This document shows positions 38,293 to 49,960 of a DNA stretch of 64,000 bases, one piece after another. A program made the position numbers and the translations under genes. The notes beneath the pieces were generated by a model. It searched no databases, was not told the origin of the DNA, and was given only the letters and a program-made list of their open reading frames with translations. The stretch comes from Rhynchopus sp. YZ270_cl-10 (taxonomy: Eukaryota), in NCBI GenBank assembly GCA_964035575.1, contig OZ037833.1, forward strand, positions 1,736,001 through 1,800,000. Reading direction: 5' to 3'. Positions within the stretch are counted from its first letter, which is position 1. Each line of letters opens with the position of its first letter.

Positions 38293-39579
38293 TCACCCAG
38301 AAAAGGGGGTGGTGTTTGTGAAAGGTGTTCGGGATGGGACGAACCCGGTCATGGCTGGGGTGCTGACGGGGCCGGGGGGTCTGGGTCTGGGTGGTGTGTT
38401 GTGGTGGTGGTTTGGGTTGTATGGGTACTGTGCTACACGGGGCTGGTGGTGGGTTTCATCGATGAGCACTGTGATGTCTCCCGTGACGCGGGTGTCGGCG
38501 TGGATAGTGTTGTAGGAGTCAACGATCTCACATGGTGCGTCCTCGACTACGAGGCAGTGTTGCTGTACGCTTTGCAGGAATTCCACCGGGTCGACCATCC
38601 CACGCTCCAGCAACGCCTTCTGATACGTGAAGAACGAGTCCATCCACTCAAATGCCTGCAGCTGCCGCCGCAGCTCAACGTCGTCGCTCTGCAACAGATT
38701 CAGCTTCGCCTGCGTCCGGTTGTCCAGCATCTGCACCGCCTTCTGCACCATGCTATAAATCTTATCCTGAACATGCTTATGATTCGCCGTCACATCGTTC
38801 ATCGTCTCATCTATAGCAGAAAGCTGCGTGGCGATGGTCTGCTTGCGTTCCTCAACCTTCCGCCGCTGAGCTTCGAGCTGCTCCATGGTTTTGCCAAACA
38901 TATCTTGGTAGCAGTGGATACGCCAGTTGGCAACCTTTGCGCCGACACCGGGGGCCATTCCGCGGCGGTCCTCTTCGGGGTCGTAGACGCAGTTCACGAT
39001 GAAGTCTGGCCAGACACGGCTTTCTTTGTTGACTATGTACTCATGGTAGAAGCCGTGCGGGTCGTTGTCGTCTTCGTTGTGCACTTTGATGCTTTGGTAG
39101 CCGTCTGGGACGCTGTGCTTGCCGATCTGACCACGCTCCATGGGGAAGGACTGTCCGGTGCAGAGACGGATGTGGAGGAACTCTAGCTGCATGGCGCCGC
39201 CTGGACGGTTGCGTTGGGAGTACTCATCGCCGTGTTCATCGGGGTGCAGGCGGATGGCCCCGCATGTGAACAGCGCACCCTGCGAAGGGTCGGCAATGCG
39301 GAAGCGCCCACCATGCGCAGCAATCTGCTGCACACTGTTGTCCTCCGGCAGTGCCGGTGTGTACACCCATGAGTCCAGTACAACGCCCCCGACGTTGTCC
39401 TTCTCAAACTGCACCGACGCCTCTGCGCTGTGCAGTGCATGTACAGAAAGCACCTTCGCTGTCGCAGACCGCAACGCAAGTTTCAATGAATACTCCATCA
39501 ACCGATAGTCCGGGTCATGCGGAAGAAGCGGCCGCAAATTTCTCAGATACGGCGGAGGAACCCAATCTGCGTGCGCCAT
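38293..39579 (-). CDS. Hypothetical protein, possible degenerate PARP-like N-terminal domain plus TRIM/BBC-type coiled coil
   Basis: 428-aa ORF with coding bias, heptad-rich region about aa 230-310 and Pro-rich tail. Domain call is from recollection only. Confidence 0.65.
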   Translation of the reverse strand: MAHADWVPPPYLRNLRPLLPHDPDYRLMEYSLKLALRSATAKVLSVHALHSAEASVQFEKDNVGGVVLDSWVYTPALPEDNSVQQIAAHGGRFRIADPSQGALFTCGAIRLHPDEHGDEYSQRNRPGGAMQLEFLHIRLCTGQSFPMERGQIGKHSVPDGYQSIKVHNEDDNDPHGFYHEYIVNKESRVWPDFIVNCVYDPEEDRRGMAPGVGAKVANWRIHCYQDMFGKTMEQLEAQRRKVEERKQTIATQLSAIDETMNDVTANHKHVQDKIYSMVQKAVQMLDNRTQAKLNLLQSDDVELRRQLQAFEWMDSFFTYQKALLERGMVDPVEFLQSVQQHCLVVEDAPCEIVDSYNTIHADTRVTGDITVLIDETHHQPRVAQYPYNPNHHHNTPPRPRPPGPVSTPAMTGFVPSRTPFTNTTPFSG

Positions 39580-39770
39580 TTTTTTCTCTCTCTTACAATT
39601 CTTGATTGGGGTTGGAGGGGTAGGGGTAGGGGGTAGGAAATAAAATGGAGGTTAGAAACTGCGGGAGAGAAAACGCTATTTTTATGTACTACTTTAAGGT
39701 TAAAGACAAAGTCTGCAAAGTAATTGGCAGGCTTTTTGAAAGAGAAAAAAGGTGTAAATAGAGTGCGCTT

Positions 39771-42700
39771 TCAAAACGCAGGGTACTTCGAATCAACGGA
39801 GGCGGCAGGGGAGGCCGTGTGGAGGCTGTCGCCGAGGATGCTGCCTTCGTATGCGTTGCCGTGGCCGTGCATGCGCATGATGCGTTCTTTGTTTTCTTCG
39901 TGTTCGACGAGCTTTTTCAGGTATGCTGCAATGTTACCGAATTTGTGCACATACGCCACATCAAGCGCCGTGTAGCCTTTGGTTTTGGCGTACAATAGCC
40001 CCCGGTAGCGGTGCGTGCTCTGCACCCTCTGCACAACGAACTCTACCATAGCAAGCTTCCCCGAGAGCACGCAGGAGTGCAGCAACGTCGGGCTCCCCTG
40101 CGACGATGCGGTGCACATTGAGAGCAGGCTTTCCTCGAAGCGCAGCGTGTCCTCCTGTGTCTCGGCAGGCACAGCCTTGAGGCAGACAGAGAGGATCGTG
40201 TAGTGGCCGTGCTGTGCTGCTATGTTGAGTGGCGACCTGCCGTACTGGTCGATGCAGTGTCGCAGGTTGAGAAGCTCGGGGTCCACCCGTTTGAGCTTCT
40301 GGAATATGTCAGAGGAGCCGCGCTTCGCAGCAGCAAACAGTTCGTCTTTATCTTCGTAGAGCTGCTGTCGGATGCGTGCCATTTGTGCAGAGTGCTGCTG
40401 CAGCTGTACATCCATGCGGCGGCGCTGCAGCTTCGCCTTAGACTTCTTCTCACGCTCGTTGTGCAGCTTCGACATCCCATGCGCACGCTTTGACAGGACG
40501 TCGGCATGCTGCTTCACAGAGGTCGCTTTGTGCATCGCTGTGAAGCGTGCCTCAAAAGACCGCCCTTCCTTCCCAATGAGCTTCGAAAGGATGTCAATCT
40601 TCTGCTCCATCTTGATCATCTCAGACTCATACTCAAGGATCCTGCGCTGCGCACGGTGCAACTCATCCATGATGCCGTCAGGGATCTCCGTGTGGAGGTG
40701 GCAGCCGCAGCTGCCGCAGTACTTCACGTGGCGGACGAGGTTCTTCTTTTTGGTGCGCACCTCGACGAAGTTGTCCATGCCGCACTCTGGAGAGGGACAC
40801 TTGAGAATGGCGTCTCTGTTGTACTGTCTGTTGCGCGAGCTTGCAGAGGTCATGTACGACTTGCGCGATGCCATGGAATGCTCCCGGCTGAAGCCGATCT
40901 GGCTCTGCGAGTGGCTCTGTGTCTGGCTCTGCAGCTCGCTGTTCCCTGCCTCACTACAGGACTGCTGTGTGTGTGTTGCGACCTGGCTGTACACATCCTG
41001 GATGTCTGCAGGCGAGCTTGTGTGCTGCTGCAGCTGTGCAGACGTGACCCCCACCCCATGCAAGCTCGTCGTGCTCTGCGTCTGCTGGATATCAAGCGGC
41101 GACAACGGCTCCATCAACTCATCGTCCTCCTCGTCCTCCTCATCCACATCACCCTCGATCTCCTCTTTGAACTCCTCCAACTCAAACACATCAACCATTG
41201 TCAGATCTGTTACTTGGCAAGCATCTTGCACGTTGCTGGAAGCAGTTGCTCGGCTGATCATCCGTTTTACCTGATTTTCTCCTAATATGTTACTGTAGAG
41301 CGGGCTGTTGTAGTCGAGTGTGTTTGGTGGGCGGACCATGTAGCGGACCACGGTTTTCTTAGGTGTGTTGTAGTGGACGGGGCGCTGCCCGGGGAAGTAA
41401 TACTCGTAGGGTGCCACGAGCCATTTGTTGCCCTCGGCGCTGACGTTGAGCTGGTCGACGACCTCTGCAGGGACACTGAGCTCGTCGCAGTCTGTGCATT
41501 GCTCCTCCACGACCACCTCCACTAGGGCACGCGCCGGCTCACGCGCGACCACCTCCACGCGCGCCAGCACCACCAACACCGCAGCCACAGGCACCATTGC
41601 CATGCCGCACACCTCCCCGACCCCCATCAAATCATCATCGTTCAACGCCTCCAGCAACTCATCCGACACTGCCCGCAGATGCACCTTCAGCGGAAACACC
41701 TGCACCACGACCTGCATCAACAACCCCCCATCCCCATGCACCGTCACGTTGTACGGTGCCGACGACTTAGGGATATGAACTTCTGCCTGCAACGGGCCAA
41801 ACTCAAGCTCCCCATCGCAGACACTGAACTCTATGTGGTGGGGGTACGACGAGGCAGGGAGGCTGCTGCTTGGGATCGGTGTCTCCCAGGTGTAGCGCGA
41901 CTCGTTCACGTCGGTTGCGGGCAGTGGGGCGGACTCGCCTTGGACCATGAGCATGGGGAGGGCGAGACGCGACTGTGCTGTTGCGGTGGCGGCGGAGATG
42001 CTCACGATACGTGTCACGTAGCAGCGCTCCTCCTCTGCCTCCACCTCCTCCTGGACAGCTGCCGGATCAGCATTTATTCGATCTGCCGCACACTGCGCGC
42101 TGTCCGCACTGTGCGGTGGATCCGTTGCTGCGGACCCCTCCGCATAAGGGTTTGGCGGTGCTGCCACAGGGTACCCCTGCAAAGAGCCCTGCGGCGACAC
42201 CGGGTACGCATCTATCGACGCCAGCGGCGGCAGCTGAGAGCCCTGTCCTTGCGCTGGTGTGTGCCCCTGTGAAGGGTGCCCATAAGGGTTCGGTGGTGCC
42301 GGGGCTGGGTGGCCATCCACAGGGAGCCCAATGTCGTCTGCCCCTGCATACGGATTCGGCAGTGGGGTAGGGTGGCCGTCGACCTGCTGCTGCGGTGGTG
42401 TAGGGTAGCCGTACGGGTTCTGTGGTGTGGGTGTAGAGTAGTCCTGCTGTACGTGTGGTGACACGGGGTAGCCGTCCACAGATGCCGGGGGTGGATAGCC
42501 GTCAACTTGCTGCTGCGGTGGTGCAGGGTATCCATACGGGCTCTGCGGTGTGGGTGTAGAGTAGTCCTGTTGTGCGTGTGGTGACACGGGGTAGCCGTCC
42601 ACACCAGTCGGTGGTGGGGGTGGGTAGCCATCCACAGCTGCCGGCGGAGGCGGGTAGCCGTCGAGTTGCTGCACGGGGTGCCCTCCCTGTGCATACGGGT

Positions 42701-43559
42701 TCTGTGGTGTAGGTGTAGAGAAGTCCTGCTGTGCGTGTGGTGACACGGGGTAGCCGTCCACACCCGTCGGTGGTGGTGGGTAGCCGTTCACAGATGCCGG
42801 GGGTGGCGGGTAGCCGTCGACCTGCTGCTGCTGCGGTGCAGGGTATCCATACGGGTTCTGTGGTGTGGGTGTAGAGTAGTCCTGCTGTGCGTGTGGTGAC
42901 ACGGGGTAGCCGTCCACACCCGTCGGTGGTGGGGGTGGGTAGCCGTCTACTTGCTGCTGCTGCTGCTGTGCGTACGGGTTACCCTGCACATACGGCACTG
43001 GGTAGCCATCCACACCAACCTGCTCCGGTTGCCCTCCCTGCTCCTTCTGGTCACCCCCTTGCTCCTCCTTTTCTACGGTGATTTCTGCCTTTTCCTGCTT
43101 CTTTTCGGGCGGGGTATCTGTGACTGTGAAGACCCAGGAGCAGAGGAGGTAACCAAATCCTTTGTTGCGTCTGTCGAGTGCGCGGTCCTCTTCCTCGTGT
43201 CCCTTGCGTGGGGCGAGCGTGAGCTTGCGGAGGGTGTCGGAGGAGCCCGTTGACTCTGCTGTGAGAAGCTCCTCATAGCAACCTATGCAGTCGTTCTCGC
43301 CACCCCACTTCGGCACGTGGTATGCTGTGAAGCGCAACGTCTGCGGCACGGTGAGGGGAATCGCCAGGGGCACCTCCGCTACGGCGTCCCACTCAGGGTT
43401 CACCGTACCACTCTCGATAGCGGTCTCAAGCACAGACGTGCCTCCGATGCTCACACTCACCTGCACGTTACTGCTCCTCCCGTCCATAGAAGCACCCAGC
43501 ATGTCATACCCCTTGGCAACATGCACCTTCACCCCCGAAAGAAACACAGATGCCTCCAT
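39771..43559 (-). CDS. C2 domain + Pro/Tyr-rich repeats + Zn-ribbon + coiled coil + ankyrin repeats (1262 aa)
   Basis: C2-like TVNPEWD..LRFTAYH..DCIG; VDGYP repeats; CPSPECG..YCGSCG; ankyrin-like GRSPLNIAAQHGH, TLLHSCVLSGKL and GYTALDVA. Confidence 0.85.
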   Translation of the reverse strand: MEASVFLSGVKVHVAKGYDMLGASMDGRSSNVQVSVSIGGTSVLETAIESGTVNPEWDAVAEVPLAIPLTVPQTLRFTAYHVPKWGGENDCIGCYEELLTAESTGSSDTLRKLTLAPRKGHEEEDRALDRRNKGFGYLLCSWVFTVTDTPPEKKQEKAEITVEKEEQGGDQKEQGGQPEQVGVDGYPVPYVQGNPYAQQQQQQVDGYPPPPPTGVDGYPVSPHAQQDYSTPTPQNPYGYPAPQQQQVDGYPPPPASVNGYPPPPTGVDGYPVSPHAQQDFSTPTPQNPYAQGGHPVQQLDGYPPPPAAVDGYPPPPPTGVDGYPVSPHAQQDYSTPTPQSPYGYPAPPQQQVDGYPPPASVDGYPVSPHVQQDYSTPTPQNPYGYPTPPQQQVDGHPTPLPNPYAGADDIGLPVDGHPAPAPPNPYGHPSQGHTPAQGQGSQLPPLASIDAYPVSPQGSLQGYPVAAPPNPYAEGSAATDPPHSADSAQCAADRINADPAAVQEEVEAEEERCYVTRIVSISAATATAQSRLALPMLMVQGESAPLPATDVNESRYTWETPIPSSSLPASSYPHHIEFSVCDGELEFGPLQAEVHIPKSSAPYNVTVHGDGGLLMQVVVQVFPLKVHLRAVSDELLEALNDDDLMGVGEVCGMAMVPVAAVLVVLARVEVVAREPARALVEVVVEEQCTDCDELSVPAEVVDQLNVSAEGNKWLVAPYEYYFPGQRPVHYNTPKKTVVRYMVRPPNTLDYNSPLYSNILGENQVKRMISRATASSNVQDACQVTDLTMVDVFELEEFKEEIEGDVDEEDEEDDELMEPLSPLDIQQTQSTTSLHGVGVTSAQLQQHTSSPADIQDVYSQVATHTQQSCSEAGNSELQSQTQSHSQSQIGFSREHSMASRKSYMTSASSRNRQYNRDAILKCPSPECGMDNFVEVRTKKKNLVRHVKYCGSCGCHLHTEIPDGIMDELHRAQRRILEYESEMIKMEQKIDILSKLIGKEGRSFEARFTAMHKATSVKQHADVLSKRAHGMSKLHNEREKKSKAKLQRRRMDVQLQQHSAQMARIRQQLYEDKDELFAAAKRGSSDIFQKLKRVDPELLNLRHCIDQYGRSPLNIAAQHGHYTILSVCLKAVPAETQEDTLRFEESLLSMCTASSQGSPTLLHSCVLSGKLAMVEFVVQRVQSTHRYRGLLYAKTKGYTALDVAYVHKFGNIAAYLKKLVEHEENKERIMRMHGHGNAYEGSILGDSLHTASPAASVDSKYPAF
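42370..43020 (-). repeat. Coding repeats VDGYPPPP / VDGYPVSPHxQQDxSTPTPQxPY
   Basis: GGTGACACGGGGTAGCCGTCCACA recurs near 42457, 42580, 42739 and 42895. Confidence 0.9.
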
Positions 43560-44129
43560 GTTTCACCTGAGACGCGTTGAATGGTGAATGGGGAGGGATG
43601 AGGGATGAGGGATGAGGAGACAGAGGAAATATAAATTCGCTTTTTTTTTTTGGATACGTTAGTCCACGACCCTTCCGTTTTGCGGAGAGGGGGTAGGGTT
43701 GAATGCGTCGTTGTGCGGTGTCGTTGAGAATCATCCGTTCAAGGGTTACAAAGAGAAAGGCGGAGGGTGGAACCCCTAAGCCCGCAAACCCGTAAAGGAG
43801 ACAGAAGGGTGGAAGTGCCGTGGTGTGGCGGCATACGTCTTACGTCCACACGCAAAGGTTCGTTCGAGGGGTAGCATGTCCCCATCAAATGAACTCAAAA
43901 GAAGATACATGACCGGCTGTACCGGGGTGGTAAAAAATGTACAATGGATGAATCTCGCCGCCTTTCCGCAGAAGTGGTTGTAAAATGAATCATGCTTGAA
44001 AAGGTTCCTCAGGGAACCTATTTAGGTAGACAAAACGGCAAAGCCTTAGTATACTTTCAAGACAAAAGAAAATGAACCTTTTAAAAAAAACAAAATCTTG
44101 TCCATTTCTTTTCTGTTTCCACACGGCAA

Positions 44130-45212
44130 TCACAATTTGGACAAGAGAGCGTTGTCTGCCCCGTGTACTGGGCTTGGCCGCTCAATGGTGTACGCGGGTG
44201 TACGCGACAGCTTTGGAACCGGTGCCGGAGCAGGCAGAACCCGGGACCCTTCGTTCTTCTCCATCCACGTCCCCCTTGCCGCGTTATGCGGTGAGTTGAC
44301 TGCCTCTTCGTAGGTGAGGACCGGGAAGGCACAGCTGTCCGTTTTATGGAAGATGGCAGTCCACTCGTCACGTGTCTTCTCCTTGAAACGGGCTTCAAAG
44401 AGTGCCTTCATTTTCGGCCACGTCTTTTTGTTGTTCTGCCTGGGTGCGTCCACTTCGAGGTGGGTGCAGAGGTTTTTGAAGAACTGCGACTCGATTGCGC
44501 CGACAGAAAAGAACTTCCCGTCTTTGCATTCGTACGTTGTGTAGAATGGGGCACCGCCGTCGAGCATGTTGGTCGAGGGTTTTTGTTCACTCATTTGCTT
44601 GACGTTGAGCAGCTTGAAGACCATGGTGGAGACGTAGGCTGCACCGTCGACCATAGCTGCGTCTACAACTTGGCCTTTCCCAGAGGTCTTCCTTTCGTAC
44701 AGTGCCATGAGGATGCCAAAGGCGCACACCATCCCGCCCCCTGCAAAGTCCCCGAGGATGTTGATTGGTGGAATCGGCTTTCCCCCTTCAGGCCGCAGGC
44801 TTGCAAGGATGCCGGACTGTGCAAGATAGTTCAGATCATGCCCAGCCGCGCTTTCGAAGTCAGCATCGCCACCCTGCCCAAACCCGGTCATTCTGGCATA
44901 TACAAGACCAGGGTTGACCTTCAACAGCACCTCAGGGCCCAGACCAAGACGTTCCATGACCCCCGGGCGGAAGGGTTCGATCAGGGCATCGGAGGTCTTG
45001 ACGAGCTGCTTCAGCCGTTCAATGTCGGGTTGGGCTTTGAGGTTGAGAATCACACTCTTCTTCCCACGACCCATCATGTCATCGCGGATCTGCCCTTCAC
45101 GGTCAATACGAATAACCTCCGCACCCCAGTCAGCAAGGATCACTCCAGCAAACGGACCTGGTGCCAACCCTGCAAACTCCAACACTCTAATCCCATGAAG
45201 AGGCTTGGGCAT
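44130..45212 (-). CDS. AMACR: Alpha-methylacyl-CoA racemase (CoA-transferase family III), peroxisomal/glycosomal
   Basis: PLHGIRVLEFAGLAPGPFAG, EPFRPGVMERLGLGP, AGHDLNY, GDFAGGG and NMLDGGAPFY; C-terminal PTS1 -SKL. Confidence 0.93.
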   Translation of the reverse strand: MPKPLHGIRVLEFAGLAPGPFAGVILADWGAEVIRIDREGQIRDDMMGRGKKSVILNLKAQPDIERLKQLVKTSDALIEPFRPGVMERLGLGPEVLLKVNPGLVYARMTGFGQGGDADFESAAGHDLNYLAQSGILASLRPEGGKPIPPINILGDFAGGGMVCAFGILMALYERKTSGKGQVVDAAMVDGAAYVSTMVFKLLNVKQMSEQKPSTNMLDGGAPFYTTYECKDGKFFSVGAIESQFFKNLCTHLEVDAPRQNNKKTWPKMKALFEARFKEKTRDEWTAIFHKTDSCAFPVLTYEEAVNSPHNAARGTWMEKNEGSRVLPAPAPVPKLSRTPAYTIERPSPVHGADNALLSKL

Positions 45213-46115
45213 TGTTGGTTTTGTTAGGATTCTGGCTGGAGTAGTAAACAATGGGGTGTGTGGGAAGGTGGGTGGGGTGGGTTATGTGAGTAAAGAGAAA
45301 CTCTTTAAAACGGTGAAAGTGAAGTGAAAACTGTTTGGGGGGGAGAGTCGTTTGTTTTGTGCAATAGATAGAGTATTGCAGATCCAACACAGTAGGATCG
45401 GGGTAGGTAAGTGACCTTGTTTCGTTTGATTGCACAATCCTCCTTGAGGGATGATTTGGCGACCGTACCGAATCCTATTTCTCCAAGCTTCGTAGGAAGA
45501 AGGGAAAAGGGAGGGGGGTAAGATTTCCATCTGGGGTGTTTTTTTCCCGCAATGAAAACTTCCCTGTAAATAAATCATTGTTATTTTTTTTGCAGGGATC
45601 TCTCGGTTGAGTTTATTGGGAAACGTGAGAAAACGTTAAAAAACAACACACGAAGACACGGACACCAATACAAAGAAGTTGACACGACACAGGGAAGCGC
45701 TCCTGCACTGTGGAATGAGGCCACAACAATAAGAATTATTTGTAACATGAACCATAAGACACAAAAGAGCGTAGCCACAAAGTAATTAGGAAATATGTGC
45801 CAGGTCTCTGGAGGTAAGGTTACCGCAGGTTTTGTTGAACCCTCGGAGCTGCAAGTGGACAGGTTTCGGTAGAGAACGCTCTCGACAGCATTGTAAACAA
45901 AAAAAACAAAACGCACATATGAGAAGGACAGCACCCTGGCTGTTGAATGACTAAAGGGAAAGGTTATTGCAGTGCACTTCAGTAAACACAACATTTTTTT
46001 TCACAAGAAAAGCCCGTATTGATAACCGTACAGCGTGTAGACAGGATGAAAAAAGAGGGGCATCCGATCGAGAACTCCTGCTCACATCTTCCACCCAGCG
46101 TACACTCCCTTTGCA

Positions 46116-47608
46116 TCAGAACTCATCCTCGGACACAGGAGCATTGCACGCTGCCTCCTTCGTTTCATGGGGTTTGATCAGCCCTTGCACGACACGGCGG
46201 AACCTGCACAAAAAAATAATACAAACAAACCCTCTCAATCAAACACACATACCGAGGCAGGGGGCATGCGTTCTTCCCGTTGCAGCCGCGGACCAGATGT
46301 GTCACGGAGCGGCCGTTGTAGAGGACACGCACCTGTGCAATGGGGATATGGTGTTAGGGGGTAGGGGTGGCATACGTGGTGTTCTTTGGCCTCGGTGAGC
46401 CACAGCTCGAATGCGACACGCGATGCGTAGGGCGGCCATTTGCAGTCAAAAGCATCGAGGGCTGCGAGCAGAGGTGCGATGACGGTGTCGTGTCCAAAGT
46501 AGAAACGCATTTGGAAGTTGCTTTCGCCGTCGGCAGCGGCTTGGAGGCCTCCGGAGACGACGTGGAGGAAGGGGTACATGGAGACACGTGAAGCTACCTT
46601 GCCGCCTTCGCTGCCGCTGAAGCGTGTGCAGTAGAATCTGTCTGCAGCGTTCAGTACCTCAGCCGCAGCCTTGTACGTCAGACACCCGCCATTTCCACAA
46701 GGTAACGGCAGCTGATGGCATGCCGAAGCATGAATCGCATCCCCCAAGTCTGTGATCCCCTTCTCTGCTGCGCTCGGTCCAAACAACGCTGCCAGCTCCG
46801 ACGCAAGATGCCCAGGTTTCGCGTACTTCGCCATCTGCACTTTCCCCAGCTGCGCCGCCCGCGAGCACGTCCCCTGCAAAATCCGCTCCCCACTGCTGTC
46901 CTTCGCAAGCTGATTGGACCCCGCACTTTGCCCGCGCAGGCCAACCCCGTGCATCAACTCTTTGTCCTCATCCTCGTAGACGCGCAGGATGTTTTCCCCA
47001 TCGGAATACCCTGAGAGAAATGCGGCTGCGCTGAGCAGCGTCCGCGAGTAGTCTGTGGACCGCGCGTAGAAGGGCTTGGCCACGTCAATGTCGTTTTGGT
47101 AGGCCTCCTTCATGAAGCTGCCCAGGTTGCGGAGCTGCTGCATCCCGAGAGACGTAAGCTGGCCTGGGAGACATGAGTGGTGTTTGTTTGTGGCGCTGGT
47201 TTGCTCTCTGTCGGGAAGTGGCTTTGCGGTTTCCTCCGACACAACGTGAACGTTTTTGGGCCATTTTGGGAAGTCACTGCAGTTAAATACCGGGTCAAGG
47301 ACAGACCCTGGGATAAGGTGAATAGCTGATCTGTCACCATGCCGCACTGCGACGGTGACACCCACTAGCTTTGCGCCAGACTTCTTGTAGCTCCCTTCTG
47401 CAGAGAGAGACTCGTCGTAATCATCCTGCAACGACGGCGGGTTGCAGTATCGCTCCACCATTGCCTGGAACTGCCCAGAAGAACGTCCACTATGCCCACC
47501 ACGGAACATCGACACAACAGCCACCATCCCGATCACTGCAAAAACCGCTCTCTTGTTCCGCATAGCCTGCTCAACATGATTCAATAACACAAAACCACCC
47601 TTCGACAT
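46116..47608 (-). CDS. Histidine acid phosphatase (branch 2), membrane-anchored, 3 exons
   Basis: RHGDR, GQLT..G, ARSTDYSRT, GHDTVI and PPYASRVAFEL. Exons 47608-46376, 46332-46253 (VRVLYNG) and 46203-46116, ending -EDEF. N-terminal hydrophobic segment. Confidence 0.88.
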
Positions 47609-47954
47609 TTTTTTCCCCTCTTCCAACAACTCTTCCTTGCAGGGGGTTGTTTTGAGGTGAGCCGAAGATTTGACGATAGAAAAAGTGAAAATAAACTCAT
47701 GTTTGAAGAGGCGAAAAGGGGTATTAAAAAAATGGGATACAAACGCGCAGACAAACACCCACCCAAAGTGGCGAGGGAAAGTGCAAGCAACGTGTTAGAG
47801 TTGGAAGGTGAGAAAAAATGGGTGAGGTGTGAGGGGGGGTGGCGTTCCCCGCCCCGTAGGTTGTCCCCTACATAACTGTGCGTGACGTACTGCAAGGGGG
47901 GGCCCCCGATGGTTGATGGGTGTGTTTTTGTGTCTTTTGCGAACATTAGATAGA

Positions 47955-49876
47955 TCATCCGCATTTTTCGTAGAGTAGCAAATACGCCTCTGCTCTCAGA
48001 ACCTGTAGGGGGGGAAAGGGGTGTTGAAGGTTTATTTTTTTGTTTTTGCTACTCTGTTTGTTTTGTATTGTATTTCACTGTCATGGGCTCAAAAAACAAA
48101 TCCCTATAAAAAGCCCTGCAAAGTGAAGAAAAAGCGCATCCCCACCGAAGCAGACTGAGGGGTGCTATTGAATTCTGGACATACCTCAAACACAGGCACC
48201 TCTTGCACCCGTTCATCCGAGACGCAGAACCATGTGTCCATCCTCTGCTTCTTCTCCGCGTCGTACGGACGCACGTAGCAGTAATAGTGACCCTGGTTCA
48301 TCCAGCCCTCATGCACGATCACACTGTACAAACGGTAGACCACCTTGCCGGTGTCGTTGAGTGCGTCTGTTGAGCGCAGGAAGTTGGCACCTGCTTCCAC
48401 CTCGTCTTGGCTGGGGCCGTACTTTTCAAAGCAGGAGTCCTTGTACAGAGGCACGCTCTTGGCAGGCAGAACTGCGGTGTGTGCCATGTAGGGATCGAGC
48501 TTCAGGCTCAACGGGAAGGCCACGTAGCCGTTCAGCTTGTGGGAGGTGCCAGTCATGTAGTCCTGATGAAAGCGTTTCAAGTGGACGGCGAGAACGGAGG
48601 GCGCAGATGCGATGCTGAGCTGCTTGGAGGCAGGGCATTCGTTCCCGCATTTGCCGCAACGGTAGAGGTTTTTGCCGTCCATGAACTCAGGGGAGAAGAA
48701 GGACTGCAGGCATTTGACCAGGGTGGGCCCCTCCTCAAACGTCCTGCTGTACTCCTCGATGACGTCCATGCTGACTGCGGTGACGCCGTTGGGGAGGTGC
48801 TTTGGTTTGTTCACGTTCAGGATCGTTTCGAGCCCCTTGTCGGCTTCGCGTTGAATTTTGTCGCGCGCTTCGTGTTGCTGCCGTTCAAGGGTTTGGATCA
48901 TGCGTACTGCCTTCTGCTCCTTCTTGGTGCCACCTTCGTTCCCCTTCTCATCCGAGAAGGTCGAGGATTGCGAGGTTGAGTGCGGGAAGGGGTCCTGGTG
49001 GGTGTCCTTCTTGCCCTTCTTCTTTCCCCCAGCTGCTGCCGCCTTCTCGCGCGACTCCTCGTCCAGAAGCTGTGTGAGGAGGTCCTCTGCGTCCTTCTGC
49101 TTCTGCACCTCAGCTGCCTTGACTGCAGCCTCCAGCTCATCCTCCTTCCGCGCAAGCTCCTGCTGCGCCACTCTGCCTTCCTGCTCCATTAGTGCGTGGA
49201 GCTGTTCTATACGCCGTCTTTGGAACTTTGCTTCCCGTTGAGCATTGTTGTTGTAGGGGGAATGCTGGTAGGTCTGCGTGGTGGCTTCCGGTGGCACCAC
49301 CTCGACCGAGATGTCTCTGAAGAAGTCGTCCCCTTTGTAGCTGCGCTCGCCACACCCTTTGCACAGCACGACGCTTTGGAACTCACCGCGGAAGATCTTG
49401 CGGATGATGTTGTTGACCTTCTTCTTTTTCTTCTTCTTTTTCGGCTCGTCGCTCTTGGGGGAAGAAGGGGTGGGAGAGGAGTCCCCCGAGGGGCGGCTTG
49501 CGTACTCGCTTTCCAACCCGTCGAGGAGGAATATGTAGAGTTCATGAGCATCCTGCTGTGAGTAAGAGCTGAAGGGTTGGTGCTGCCTGCACACCATTTC
49601 CCAAAGCTTCTGCGGACTCATCACCTTCCCTTGATTCCGCTGGTAGAGACGAAGGAAGATGCACAGCGCAACACTCAGCTCCCCTTTTACACGCCCTGCG
49701 GTATCGTCGTCAGTCAAATACTCAATCAACGGCAGGGTATGCGCCATGCCCTGGCACACACTATTAAAAAAGCAAGTATTCCCCAAATTCGTCAACCCCG
49801 TCATCTCCGTCTGGCCATCCTCGCTTTGTTCCGCCTGCACCTCAGCAGGCGCAGGCGCAGACGCCTTAGCTGGCAT
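47955..49876 (-). CDS. Ubiquitin-specific protease (peptidase C19), 2 exons
   Basis: Cys box GLTNLGNTCFFNS, QQDAHE, VHLKRF and His box VIVHEG..GHYYCY. The last exon 48002-47955 supplies the expected VLRAEAYLLLY motif after intron 48184-48003. Confidence 0.92.
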
Positions 49877-49960
49877 TTTACAAACTTTAAGTTTGGGGTT
49901 GGGGTATGTGTGTGTGCCTCCTCCCTCTGGGGTTGTGTGGTGGTGGTAGTTCAGGAAATA

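Noticed and set aside
45359..45412. U1 snRNA-like words on the minus strand (ACTTACCT, GATC, ATTGCAC)
   Set aside because: The words fall in stems rather than loops and no Sm site follows, so probably chance.
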